Shown piece after piece: positions 1 to 6,845 of a stretch of 17,310 bases of DNA; position 1 is the stretch's first letter; each line of letters opens with the position of its first letter. Location of the stretch: IMG/VR virus record IMGVR_UViG_3300046689_000419; one strand, 5' to 3'. The translations under genes were made by a program, and so were the position numbers. The notes under the pieces are model-generated. The model did not search any database and was not told the origin of the DNA. It was given only the letters and a program-made list of their open reading frames with translations. This stretch comes from a virus. Its lineage: Duplodnaviria; Heunggongvirae; Uroviricota; Caudoviricetes.

Positions 1-2
1 CG

Positions 3-110
3 GCGAGCTGGCCGAAGGCCTGGGGTGGGGACATCGCCGAGGTCTCCGAGATTCGTCGGAAACACGTCGTGAATGATCTTGTATCCGGTGGACTCGCGTG
101 CATAGCATGA
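3..110 (+). CDS. 3' end of an upstream gene, possibly the C-terminus of a Toprim primase
   Basis: Frame 3 is open from the window edge to TGA 108-110: ASWPKAWGGDIAEVSEIRRKHVVNDLVSGGLACIA. The WP..WGGD segment resembles the end of Toprim domains, but only 35 aa are visible. Confidence 0.35.
   Translation, partial: ASWPKAWGGDIAEVSEIRRKHVVNDLVSGGLACIA
79..108 (+). promoter_or_regulatory. Putative SigA/HrdB-type promoter giving a leaderless transcript at ATG 115
   Basis: TTGTAT (79-84), 18 bp spacer, TAGCAT (103-108, fits TANNNT), then 6 nt to ATG 115. There is no Shine-Dalgarno before ATG 115. Confidence 0.55.
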
Positions 111-114
111 CCCC

Positions 115-498
115 ATGGACGAACCCAATGAACTGGTGCGTGAGTACCTGATCGCCAGGGCCGCGATGGACAAGGCCCAGGCCCAGCTCGAAGAGGCTGC
201 CGCTCGGCTGCGCAAGCAGATGGAGAGTGACCAGCGAAAGTCGTTCCGGTGGGAGAAGGACGGCATCCGACGCTCGATCAGCTACGTGCAGCAGTACACG
301 ATCAACGTGGACGAGCCGGGGCTGCGCCGGGCACTGCGGGCCAAGACCTACGACCGGTACACCAAGCGGGTGCTGGACCGGCGGGCGATGGAGAAGGCGA
401 TGGACTCCGGTGAGGTGGACCCGGTGGTGGTCAGCCGGTTCACCTCGCGGATCGCGAAGAAGCCGTTCCTGACCTACTCCGAGAAGGAGGCCGAGTGA
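115..498 (+). CDS. Hypothetical phage protein, 127 aa, N-terminal coiled coil
   Basis: High GC3 codon usage; its stop overlaps the next start (TGATG). Confidence 0.85.
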   Translation: MDEPNELVREYLIARAAMDKAQAQLEEAAARLRKQMESDQRKSFRWEKDGIRRSISYVQQYTINVDEPGLRRALRAKTYDRYTKRVLDRRAMEKAMDSGEVDPVVVSRFTSRIAKKPFLTYSEKEAE

Positions 499-680
499 TG
501 GCCAAGCTGCTGATCGGCCTGGAGGGCCAGTCGATGGACCTGGAGAGCCTGCGCCGGCTGGTGGCGCTGGCTGACCACCTGGCCTTCCCAGACGGGGCGC
601 AGATCTCCTCGAACCTGACCTACATCGGGGTCAGCGTCGGCGAGGCCGAGATCAAGTGGGACACGGTGATGCACCCATGA
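498..680 (+). CDS. Hypothetical protein, 60 aa
   Basis: ATG 498 overlaps the upstream TGA with AAGGAGG upstream; ends in an ATGA overlap. Confidence 0.8.
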   Translation: MAKLLIGLEGQSMDLESLRRLVALADHLAFPDGAQISSNLTYIGVSVGEAEIKWDTVMHP

Positions 681-916
681 GCACTGCACCCACGGTCGGG
701 CGGATCGTGCACTACGTGTCGTACGGCACGCCCGGCGGCGAGTACCTGCCCGAGTGCCGCGCGGCGGTGGTCACCGAGATCAACCCGAAGGACATCGGCA
801 TCGCGGTGTTGAACCCGACTGGACTGTTCTTCGACCGGCAGATCCGCCAGTCCGAGGACAAGCACACCGGTGGCACCTGGCACTGGCCATGCGTGAGAAC
901 CGAGGAGAACGAGTGA
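677..916 (+). CDS. Small hypothetical phage protein, 79 aa (PTVGRIVHY...GTWHWP type)
   Basis: ATGA overlap at 677-680 and GTGA overlap at 913-916; high GC3. The motif is one I recognise from phage hypothetical proteins, function unknown. Confidence 0.8.
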   Translation: MSTAPTVGRIVHYVSYGTPGGEYLPECRAAVVTEINPKDIGIAVLNPTGLFFDRQIRQSEDKHTGGTWHWPCVRTEENE

Positions 917-1239
917 ACGTGGTAAATCCAAAGATCGTTGACGCCAGCGAGATCAAGCGGCGTCCGCGCAAGGCCCCGGCCACCCGGCTGATCGAGTCGC
1001 TGCCGCCTGGCCTGCTGACCGCGCGCCAGGTGGCCGAGCACTTCGACGTGAGCATCGAGACCATTCGACGGCTCGGCCGGGCGAAACTGTCGGACGGCGA
1101 GGCTAAGTTCACCGCACCGAGCAAGGCTGCGCGGACCGGTGACCTGATCGTCTGGCTGTACACCAAGGACGACATGAAGGAGCTCGCGGAGTACTTCGGG
1201 AGGAAGGAACCAACCACCACGAAGGGAAAGAGGAAGTAG
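913..1239 (+). CDS. Helix-turn-helix DNA-binding protein (MerR/excisionase-like), 108 aa
   Basis: GTG 913 with GAGGAG upstream; LLTARQVAEHFDVSIETIRRL is a typical HTH; basic C-terminal tail. Confidence 0.75.
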   Translation: MNVVNPKIVDASEIKRRPRKAPATRLIESLPPGLLTARQVAEHFDVSIETIRRLGRAKLSDGEAKFTAPSKAARTGDLIVWLYTKDDMKELAEYFGRKEPTTTKGKRK

Positions 1240-1485
1240 ATGAACGAAGTCACCAGGAAGGGAAGTGACGCCTTCGTCTTGTACGCGGGCGACCGGATCA
1301 CCGTGGGCGTGACCCACCAGATCGAGGTCGGCCGGGACAAGTCGTGGGTGAAGTACGAAGCCACCACCAGGCTTGACGAAGGTGAGAGCGCAGAAGACGC
1401 AAGGACCCGGGCCGTAGGCCACGTCAACGAGAGCGTCATGGTAGCCGTGCAGCAGACCGTCGAGAAGATCAGGAGCATGAAGTGA
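1240..1485 (+). CDS. Hypothetical protein, 81 aa
   Basis: ATG directly after the upstream TAG, purine-rich RBS, ends in a GTGA overlap. Confidence 0.8.
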   Translation: MNEVTRKGSDAFVLYAGDRITVGVTHQIEVGRDKSWVKYEATTRLDEGESAEDARTRAVGHVNESVMVAVQQTVEKIRSMK

Positions 1486-2291
1486 GGTTCGGCAAGAGCG
1501 CGGATGAGGCCGCGCAGGAGGCACCACGAGGGGGAGGTGGCGGAGACTTCATCCGCTACCTGAAGGACGGGGACACCACCTTCCGGATCCTGCAGGAGCC
1601 GGACGACTGGAAGTACTGGTGGGAGCACTTCAGCCCCGCCGGGTTCTCCTTCCCGTGCCCGCGCAGCCCGGAGGATCCGGTCGAGGACTGCCCCGGCTGC
1701 TCCTCGGACAACGAGAAGATGAGCAAGGTGAACCGGAAGATCGGGTTCAACGTGCTGTCGTCCTGGAACGGCCAGGAGTACGTGAACGCCTTCAAGGTGG
1801 GCCCGACGGTGGCCGACAAGCTGGAGAACCGGTACAAGCGGTTCACCACGATCTGCGACAGGGACTACACGATCACCCGGTACAAGTCCTCGGGGGACCG
1901 CTGGGACTTCGACGTGGAGGGTGGCACCCCGCACCCGATCGACCTGGACCGGTACGAGCTGAAGAACATCGAGGCGATGCTCCAGCAGTCCTGGGACGAG
2001 GCCTGGGGCGACCCGAGCCAGGCCCAGGCGAACTTGGCGGCGAGCAACACAGCCACTCAGGAGGCCGCGGTGGCCCAGAAGGTCAAGCGGGCCACCATCG
2101 CCCCGCAGAAGCCGGCTGTGCAGCCCGAGGAGCCCCCTTTTGAGCCGAAGGTCTACCAGGAGGCGGACCTTCGCCAGATGGAGTACGAGGACCTCCTGAT
2201 GACGGTCAAGCAGGACATGGGGGGCACCGTGCCGCCGGCCACCCTGACCACCACCAATGAGGTGGTGGACTGGCTGATGTCCCTGCAGTAA
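1482..2291 (+). CDS. Single-stranded DNA-binding protein, T4 gp32-like, 269 aa
   Basis: FIRYLKDGDTTFRIL...WWEH...CP...CPGC (putative Zn ligands), OB-fold-like core, Ala/Gln/Pro/acidic tail; AGGAG RBS; lies next to the polymerase. Confidence 0.75.
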   Translation: MRFGKSADEAAQEAPRGGGGGDFIRYLKDGDTTFRILQEPDDWKYWWEHFSPAGFSFPCPRSPEDPVEDCPGCSSDNEKMSKVNRKIGFNVLSSWNGQEYVNAFKVGPTVADKLENRYKRFTTICDRDYTITRYKSSGDRWDFDVEGGTPHPIDLDRYELKNIEAMLQQSWDEAWGDPSQAQANLAASNTATQEAAVAQKVKRATIAPQKPAVQPEEPPFEPKVYQEADLRQMEYEDLLMTVKQDMGGTVPPATLTTTNEVVDWLMSLQ

Positions 2292-2298
2292 CCCATCC

Positions 2299-2349
2299 GT
2301 GGGTGCGACCGGGCGGATCCAAGACCTCGAGACCCCCGGCCGCACCCAC
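2299..2349 (+). other. GC-rich stem-loop (15 bp arms, 1 mismatch, 21 nt loop); possible terminator or RNA processing element
   Basis: GTGGGTGCGACCGGG (2299-2313) pairs with CCCGGCCGCACCCAC (2335-2349). No U-tract follows. Confidence 0.65.
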
Positions 2350-2355
2350 CACCAG

Positions 2356-2369
2356 GTTTCACGTGAAAC
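2356..2369. promoter_or_regulatory. parS: Chromosomal-type parS site (ParB-binding palindrome)
   Basis: Exact 14 bp palindrome GTTTCACGTGAAAC, the established actinobacterial parS and the core of the universal TGTTTCACGTGAAACA. It is intergenic between SSB and dnaE. Confidence 0.85.
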
Positions 2370-2378
2370 GAGATACCC

Positions 2379-5165
2379 ATGAGGATCGTGCCCACACCCC
2401 GGTGGCGGATCATCCCGGCGCAGCCGGCCGCCGGTTGGTGGAGCGTACACACCCACTCCCGGTACTCGGTCAACGACGCGATGCCCACCGTCGAGGCGCT
2501 GGTGGCCAAGGTCAAGGCGCTCGGCCAACCTGCGTTGGGGTTGACCGACCACGGCAACATGGCGGGCAGCGTGGAGCTCTACCAGGCCTGCATGAAGGCA
2601 GGTGTGACCCCCTTCCCTGGGTCAGAGCTGTACTTCGTGCCGGACACGATGGCCTACCGCGCGGACCGGGCGGCCAAGGACCGCAAGGCGACGATGTACC
2701 ACCTCGGGGTGCTGGCCTACACCACGGCGGGCTACCAGAACCTGGTCAACCTCTCCACGCTCACGCATCGCAACCACCACTGGAAGCCGCTGGCCGACTA
2801 CCCGATGTTCGCTCAGCTGGCCGAGGACGGCCGGACCGAGGGGCTGGCGGTGACCACCGGCTGCTACTTCGGGTATCTGGCCCAGCTGCTCACCACCGGC
2901 TGTGAGCAGGCCGCCACGCAGTTCCTACACACCCTGAGCCGGTGGTTCCCCGATAGCGTGTACGTCGAGGTGCAGAACCACCGGATCGACCATGAGGACG
3001 GGTGGGACGATGAACAGCTGGCGCAGGCCCTGGTCGGGCTGGCCGACCAGGTGGGTCTTCCCGTGGTCATCACCCAGGACTCGCACTACCTCGATCCAGA
3101 AGATCGTCGGGACCATGACGGACTCAAGCGACTCGTCGCCTTCGGACCAGATCCCGACGACGCTGTTTTCCCCGGCGATGGTTTCCACCTCGCGGACGGT
3201 CGATGGATCGCTGAACATCATGGTGAACATCGCCTTGCGCGAGGCCTGGAAGGACTGGCGGATCTCCTCGGTCGCCACACACTCACAATCCCTGTCCTTG
3301 ACTCTTACACCTACTCCGTCCCGGAAGTAGTCGCCGACCCGTTCTTCGCGCTGGCGAACCGGGCGATCGCGGCCCTGGAGGGGATGTTCGCACCGGACAA
3401 GGTGCCACCGCGCTACGGCCTGCACCTGGACGACGAGCTGGAGGTGATCGACGCCTCCGGGATGGCCGGCTACCTGATGCTGGTCGCCCAGGTCACCGAC
3501 TGGCTGCGCGATCGGGACATCATGTTCCAGACCCGGGGCAGTGCCGCCGGCTCGCTGGTCTGCTGGCTGCTCGGGATCTCCAATGTGGATCCGATCGAGT
3601 GGAACCTTCGCTTCGAGCGGTTCCTGAGCAAGGATCGAACCAAGCCACCGGACGTGGACCTGGATGTGGCCCACGACCGTCGTGACGAGCTCCTCGAGAT
3701 GCTTGATACCCGGTTCACCGCGCATCAGATCGGGTCGTGGGCCACCTACTCGCTGAACGACACCGAGGACGAGTTCGGTGAGACCCAGCGAGGTTCTCTG
3801 CGAGTCCGATATTTTACCGCCGCTCAGAAGAAGGACGAGGGGGCCACCTCCTGGTCCGAGGTGCCCGCCGAGGACAAGGCCATGCTGGTCTCGCTCTCGA
3901 ACCGGCACCTGTACAAGGGGATGGGCACCAATGCCGCCGGCATCGTGCTGACCGGCAGCAAGGCCGAGTTCGAGGCGCTGGTGCCGATGGCCTGGATGGC
4001 CTCCCGCAAGGCGTTCGTCACCCAGTACTCCAAGGACCAGATCGAGGCGCTCGGGCTGGTCAAGCTGGACGCGCTGGGCCTGAAGACGATGACCATCCTG
4101 GACCGGACGATGCGGCTGCTCGGGCTGCCGCTGTCCCGGCTGGCCGACATCGAGTACAAGGACCTGCCCACCTACGAGCTGATCAGGTCGGGGCGGACCG
4201 AGGGGATCTTCCAGCTGGAGGGTCGGTCCACCCAGTGGGGGCTGCGGGACCTGAAGCCGACCACGATCAAGGACGTGATCGCGGCGATGGCGCTGTTCAG
4301 GCCAGCCACCATGAACACCGGCGCAACCCGCGCGTATATCGCGCGGAAGTTCAAGCAGGCTGCGGTGCCGGTGCGACACCCGCTGATCGCCCGGGTCATC
4401 GCGCCCACCTACGGGATCATGCTGTACCAGGAGCAGGTGATCGACATCCTGCGCGCGCTGGGTCTGGGTGCGGACGACTTGACCACCTTCCTCAAAGCGG
4501 TCAAAGCGTCCAACAAGGACATCGGCGACGCGGGTGCGGTGATCGAGACCTACCAGCAGTGGATCAACGACCGGTGCGTGGCAGAGGGGATGAGCCAGGA
4601 TGACATGGACTACCTGCGGGCCGCGATCGCTGGTTTTGCGGAGTACGGATTCAACCGTGCACACGCCACTGTCTACGGGATCACCGCCTATCGGTGCGCT
4701 TATCTGGCAGCTCGGCATCCGCTTGAGTTCCACACCGCTCTGCTGGGCGTGGCGAGTGGTGGCGAGTCGAAGAAGGAGAACCGCTACCTGCGGGCCACCA
4801 GGCTTCGTGGCATCCGGGTGCTCGCCCCGGACATCAACATCAGCGGAGCCAGCTACACGATGGACACCCTGGACGAGCGCCGGGCCGCGGTGCGCCGAGG
4901 ACTGCAGTCCATCGACGGGGTGGGCGGCCTCAGCGCCCGCCGCCTCGCCGACCTGCAGCCCTTCGAGGACCTGGACGATCTGGTCCAGCGGGCGGCCACC
5001 GCCTCGGTCTCGGGCCACAAGGAGTACGACGGGACCCCGGAGTCACTGACCGGGATCCTCGGGCACCTGTTCACCTCGGGTGCCCTGACCACCCTCATCC
5101 ATGGAAGGAACAACAATGTCAGCACGATGCGAGGCGATGGTACAGACCCGGATCAGCGGCCGTAG
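2379..5165 (+). CDS. dnaE: DNA polymerase III alpha subunit (family C), C-terminally shortened, 928 aa
   Basis: PHP motifs HTHSRYSVND, TDHG, GSE, YHL, TTGC, QDSHY; RGSAAGSLV; RFERF; catalytic PPDVDLD and KLDALG; EYGFNRAHA; HhH region GLQSIDGVG. Confidence 0.97.
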   Translation: MRIVPTPRWRIIPAQPAAGWWSVHTHSRYSVNDAMPTVEALVAKVKALGQPALGLTDHGNMAGSVELYQACMKAGVTPFPGSELYFVPDTMAYRADRAAKDRKATMYHLGVLAYTTAGYQNLVNLSTLTHRNHHWKPLADYPMFAQLAEDGRTEGLAVTTGCYFGYLAQLLTTGCEQAATQFLHTLSRWFPDSVYVEVQNHRIDHEDGWDDEQLAQALVGLADQVGLPVVITQDSHYLDPEDRRDHDGLKRLVAFGPDPDDAVFPGDGFHLADGRWIAEHHGEHRLARGLEGLADLLGRHTLTIPVLDSYTYSVPEVVADPFFALANRAIAALEGMFAPDKVPPRYGLHLDDELEVIDASGMAGYLMLVAQVTDWLRDRDIMFQTRGSAAGSLVCWLLGISNVDPIEWNLRFERFLSKDRTKPPDVDLDVAHDRRDELLEMLDTRFTAHQIGSWATYSLNDTEDEFGETQRGSLRVRYFTAAQKKDEGATSWSEVPAEDKAMLVSLSNRHLYKGMGTNAAGIVLTGSKAEFEALVPMAWMASRKAFVTQYSKDQIEALGLVKLDALGLKTMTILDRTMRLLGLPLSRLADIEYKDLPTYELIRSGRTEGIFQLEGRSTQWGLRDLKPTTIKDVIAAMALFRPATMNTGATRAYIARKFKQAAVPVRHPLIARVIAPTYGIMLYQEQVIDILRALGLGADDLTTFLKAVKASNKDIGDAGAVIETYQQWINDRCVAEGMSQDDMDYLRAAIAGFAEYGFNRAHATVYGITAYRCAYLAARHPLEFHTALLGVASGGESKKENRYLRATRLRGIRVLAPDINISGASYTMDTLDERRAAVRRGLQSIDGVGGLSARRLADLQPFEDLDDLVQRAATASVSGHKEYDGTPESLTGILGHLFTSGALTTLIHGRNNNVSTMRGDGTDPDQRP
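3115..3330 (+). CDS. Candidate overprinted gene in the +1 frame of dnaE, 71 aa
   Basis: 37 of 79 dnaE codons at 3093-3329 end in A/T versus 2 of the next 50, and the anomaly stops at this ORF's TAG (3328-3330). In-frame upstream ATGs exist at 2992 and 3010. Confidence 0.45.
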   Translation: MTDSSDSSPSDQIPTTLFSPAMVSTSRTVDGSLNIMVNIALREAWKDWRISSVATHSQSLSLTLTPTPSRK

Positions 5166-5436
5166 CCGGCCGATGTACACCTGCTGCGGGCAGCCCGACG
5201 CACACCTGCACCACAAGCTGACCAGGGCGCGGGGCGGGCTGCTGCTGGACGCGGTGGGCGAGACCTACCACCTGATGTACCTGTGTCCGGCTCACCACAG
5301 CGTGGCCCACGACCAGCCGGCCTTCGAGAACGGCCTGCTGCTGCGCGGCTCGGTGATCAGCGTGCCGGGCTCGTCGGTCCCGCTGTACACCGGTCCGGAC
5401 GAGTACCTGCTCGAGCACTACGGCGCGTCGGTATGA
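5116..5436 (+). CDS. HNH endonuclease family protein, 106 aa
   Basis: HLHHKLTRARGG...LCPAHHSVAH plus N-terminal Cys residues; GGAAGGA RBS before ATG 5116; overlaps the dnaE 3' end by 50 bp. Confidence 0.8.
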   Translation: MSARCEAMVQTRISGRSRPMYTCCGQPDAHLHHKLTRARGGLLLDAVGETYHLMYLCPAHHSVAHDQPAFENGLLLRGSVISVPGSSVPLYTGPDEYLLEHYGASV

Positions 5437-5612
5437 GTGTGCACGGGCGCACAGCCAAGGAGATCCTGGCTCGAGTGGAGCCTGGTGTCGGAGGGCCCAA
5501 CGAGGACTCCGAGGTGTTGGCGCTGCAGCTGCAAGTAGCGCTGGTGCACGCGGTCCTGGATCTGTCCCGGAACGTCTACATCGTGGCTGAGCAGTTGGCA
5601 GAGCGACTCTAG
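5433..5612 (+). CDS. Hypothetical protein, 59 aa
   Basis: ATGA overlap with the HNH stop; MSVHGRTAKEILARVEPG...LAERL. Confidence 0.7.
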   Translation: MSVHGRTAKEILARVEPGVGGPNEDSEVLALQLQVALVHAVLDLSRNVYIVAEQLAERL

Positions 5613-5639
5613 ACGAACAAACGTACGTCGTACTAGTGT
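5610..5639 (+). promoter_or_regulatory. Putative sigma70-type promoter overlapped by the SOS boxes
   Basis: TAGACG (5610-5615), 18 bp spacer, TAGTGT (5634-5639, fits TANNNT), in an AT-richer intergenic gap. Confidence 0.45.
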
Positions 5640-5643
5640 TCGA
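5613..5643. promoter_or_regulatory. Two tandem actinobacterial LexA (SOS) box-like operators
   Basis: TCGTAC-TAGT-GTTCGA (5628-5643) has 1 mismatch to TCGAAC-N4-GTTCGA. ACGAAC-AAAC-GTACGT (5613-5628) has 3 mismatches. Confidence 0.65.
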
Positions 5644-5670
5644 TATGGGAGTGACAGATGAAGGGTGCTG

Positions 5671-6426
5671 ATGAAGTTCTCCGAGACGGTGAAGAGCACC
5701 GCCCCTGACCTGGTGGTCAGCCGCCGGCATGATGCCTGGGTGGGCCGGAACGACGCGCACCCGCAGTACAGCCAGCACGCGCTGTCCTTCGCGCTGCGCC
5801 AGCTGTCCGCGGGGGACCGAGTGCGCAAGGGCACCATCAGCGCCTCCAGCCTGGGTGGCTGCGCGCGGGAGCAGCAGTTCACCTACCTCGGGCTGGCCAA
5901 GCTGCCACCGGATGAGAAGAACGCGGCGAAGATGCAGAACGGCTCGTTCATGCACCTGCGCTGGCAGCTGGAGGGGCTCACCGAGGGCTGGCTGGAGCGG
6001 GCCGAGGTGCCGATTCCCCGCAACCCGTACCGACTGAGCGGAACCATGGATGGGCTGCTCTACGAGGACTCGGTGCTCGAGCTGAAGAGCATCAACATGA
6101 ATGGCTTCTCCCGGGTGCAGACCTTCGGCCCGCTGTTCGACCATCTCTACCAGATGGCCACCTACATGCTGGTCAGCGGGCGCGAGAAGGGCGTGTTCAT
6201 CTACGAGTGCAAGGACAACCAGGAGTACAAGGAGATCGTGGTCGGCCGGAAGGACCTGCCGATGGTCGAGGCCGAGGAGCAGGCCCAGACCTTATGGGAG
6301 GCGGTAGAAGACCGCAACCTGATGGAGCCGCTGAGCAAGTGCCTGGACCGGACCGGCTGGAAGTACCAGTCCTGCCCGTACCGGGACCGATGCCTGAGCA
6401 TCCATGACTGGGACCAGGCGCGATGA
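5671..6426 (+). CDS. Cas4-like / RecB-family PD-(D/E)XK exonuclease, 251 aa
   Basis: SASSLGGCARE, GSFMH, SGTMDG..ELKS, QMATY, and C-terminal C-x10-C-x5-C (putative Fe-S ligands together with the N-terminal Cys). ATG 5671 preferred over GTG 5665. Confidence 0.85.
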   Translation: MKFSETVKSTAPDLVVSRRHDAWVGRNDAHPQYSQHALSFALRQLSAGDRVRKGTISASSLGGCAREQQFTYLGLAKLPPDEKNAAKMQNGSFMHLRWQLEGLTEGWLERAEVPIPRNPYRLSGTMDGLLYEDSVLELKSINMNGFSRVQTFGPLFDHLYQMATYMLVSGREKGVFIYECKDNQEYKEIVVGRKDLPMVEAEEQAQTLWEAVEDRNLMEPLSKCLDRTGWKYQSCPYRDRCLSIHDWDQAR

Positions 6427-6845
6427 GGATCGAGCCCAGCCAGGTGGTCGCGCCGGAAACGGCGCGCCAGAGGTTCTCCCGGCGGCTGATCGACGTGGAG
6501 GTGCTGGACGGCCTGGGCAGCGTGGACGAGCTGCACGAGGAGCTGATCGGCTACACCAACGTGATCCTGGGCCGGGCCGACCCACCCACCGACATGGACT
6601 CGGTGCTGGACCTGATGGAGATCGCCTCGGCGTACTACGCGCGGGCCAAGGAGATCGACATGCTGATCCACTGGGAGGAGCAGAACAGACGGGTGATTCG
6701 GGGCAGCCCGTACTACAAGTTCCGGACCGGTCAGCTGCGCTCGTTCATCGAGATGGCCAAGCTGATGGCCGAGCTCGGCAGTAGGCGACTGACCCAGGAG
6801 CGGCTGCTGTTCGAGGCGAGGTTCGATACGAACGGAGGCGACTGA
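6423..6845 (+). CDS. Helical hypothetical protein, 140 aa (possibly a UvsY-like recombination mediator; unverified)
   Basis: ATGA and TGATG overlaps, high GC3. The functional guess rests only on size, helical character and gene context. Confidence 0.8.
   Translation: MRIEPSQVVAPETARQRFSRRLIDVEVLDGLGSVDELHEELIGYTNVILGRADPPTDMDSVLDLMEIASAYYARAKEIDMLIHWEEQNRRVIRGSPYYKFRTGQLRSFIEMAKLMAELGSRRLTQERLLFEARFDTNGGD

Noticed and set aside
2301-2351. tRNA gene suggested by a 7 bp stem ending in ACCA
   Set aside because: Only 51 nt with no D arm, anticodon arm or TTC loop; kept only as a hairpin.
4635-4670. Possible intein or intron at the AEY/xFN site used by cyanobacterial DnaE inteins
   Set aside because: The sequence reads FAEYGFNRAH without interruption and has Gly at the +1 position; there is no insertion.
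780-5018. Long minus-strand ORFs (e.g. 780-2552, 2925-5018, and also 13343-15052 and 15936-17246)
   Set aside because: They mirror high-GC3 plus-strand genes codon for codon, have shadow-type composition (Gly/Val/Arg/His/Leu-rich) and show no motifs.
5658-5708. 16-codon ORF MKGADEVLRDGEEHRP with GGGAG upstream, overlapping the Cas4-like start
   Set aside because: Too short to support without conservation or ribosome data; it may be chance.
5671-6426. Cas4-like gene as evidence of a CRISPR-Cas locus
   Set aside because: No repeat-spacer array and no other cas gene in the window; solo Cas4-like nucleases are common in phages.
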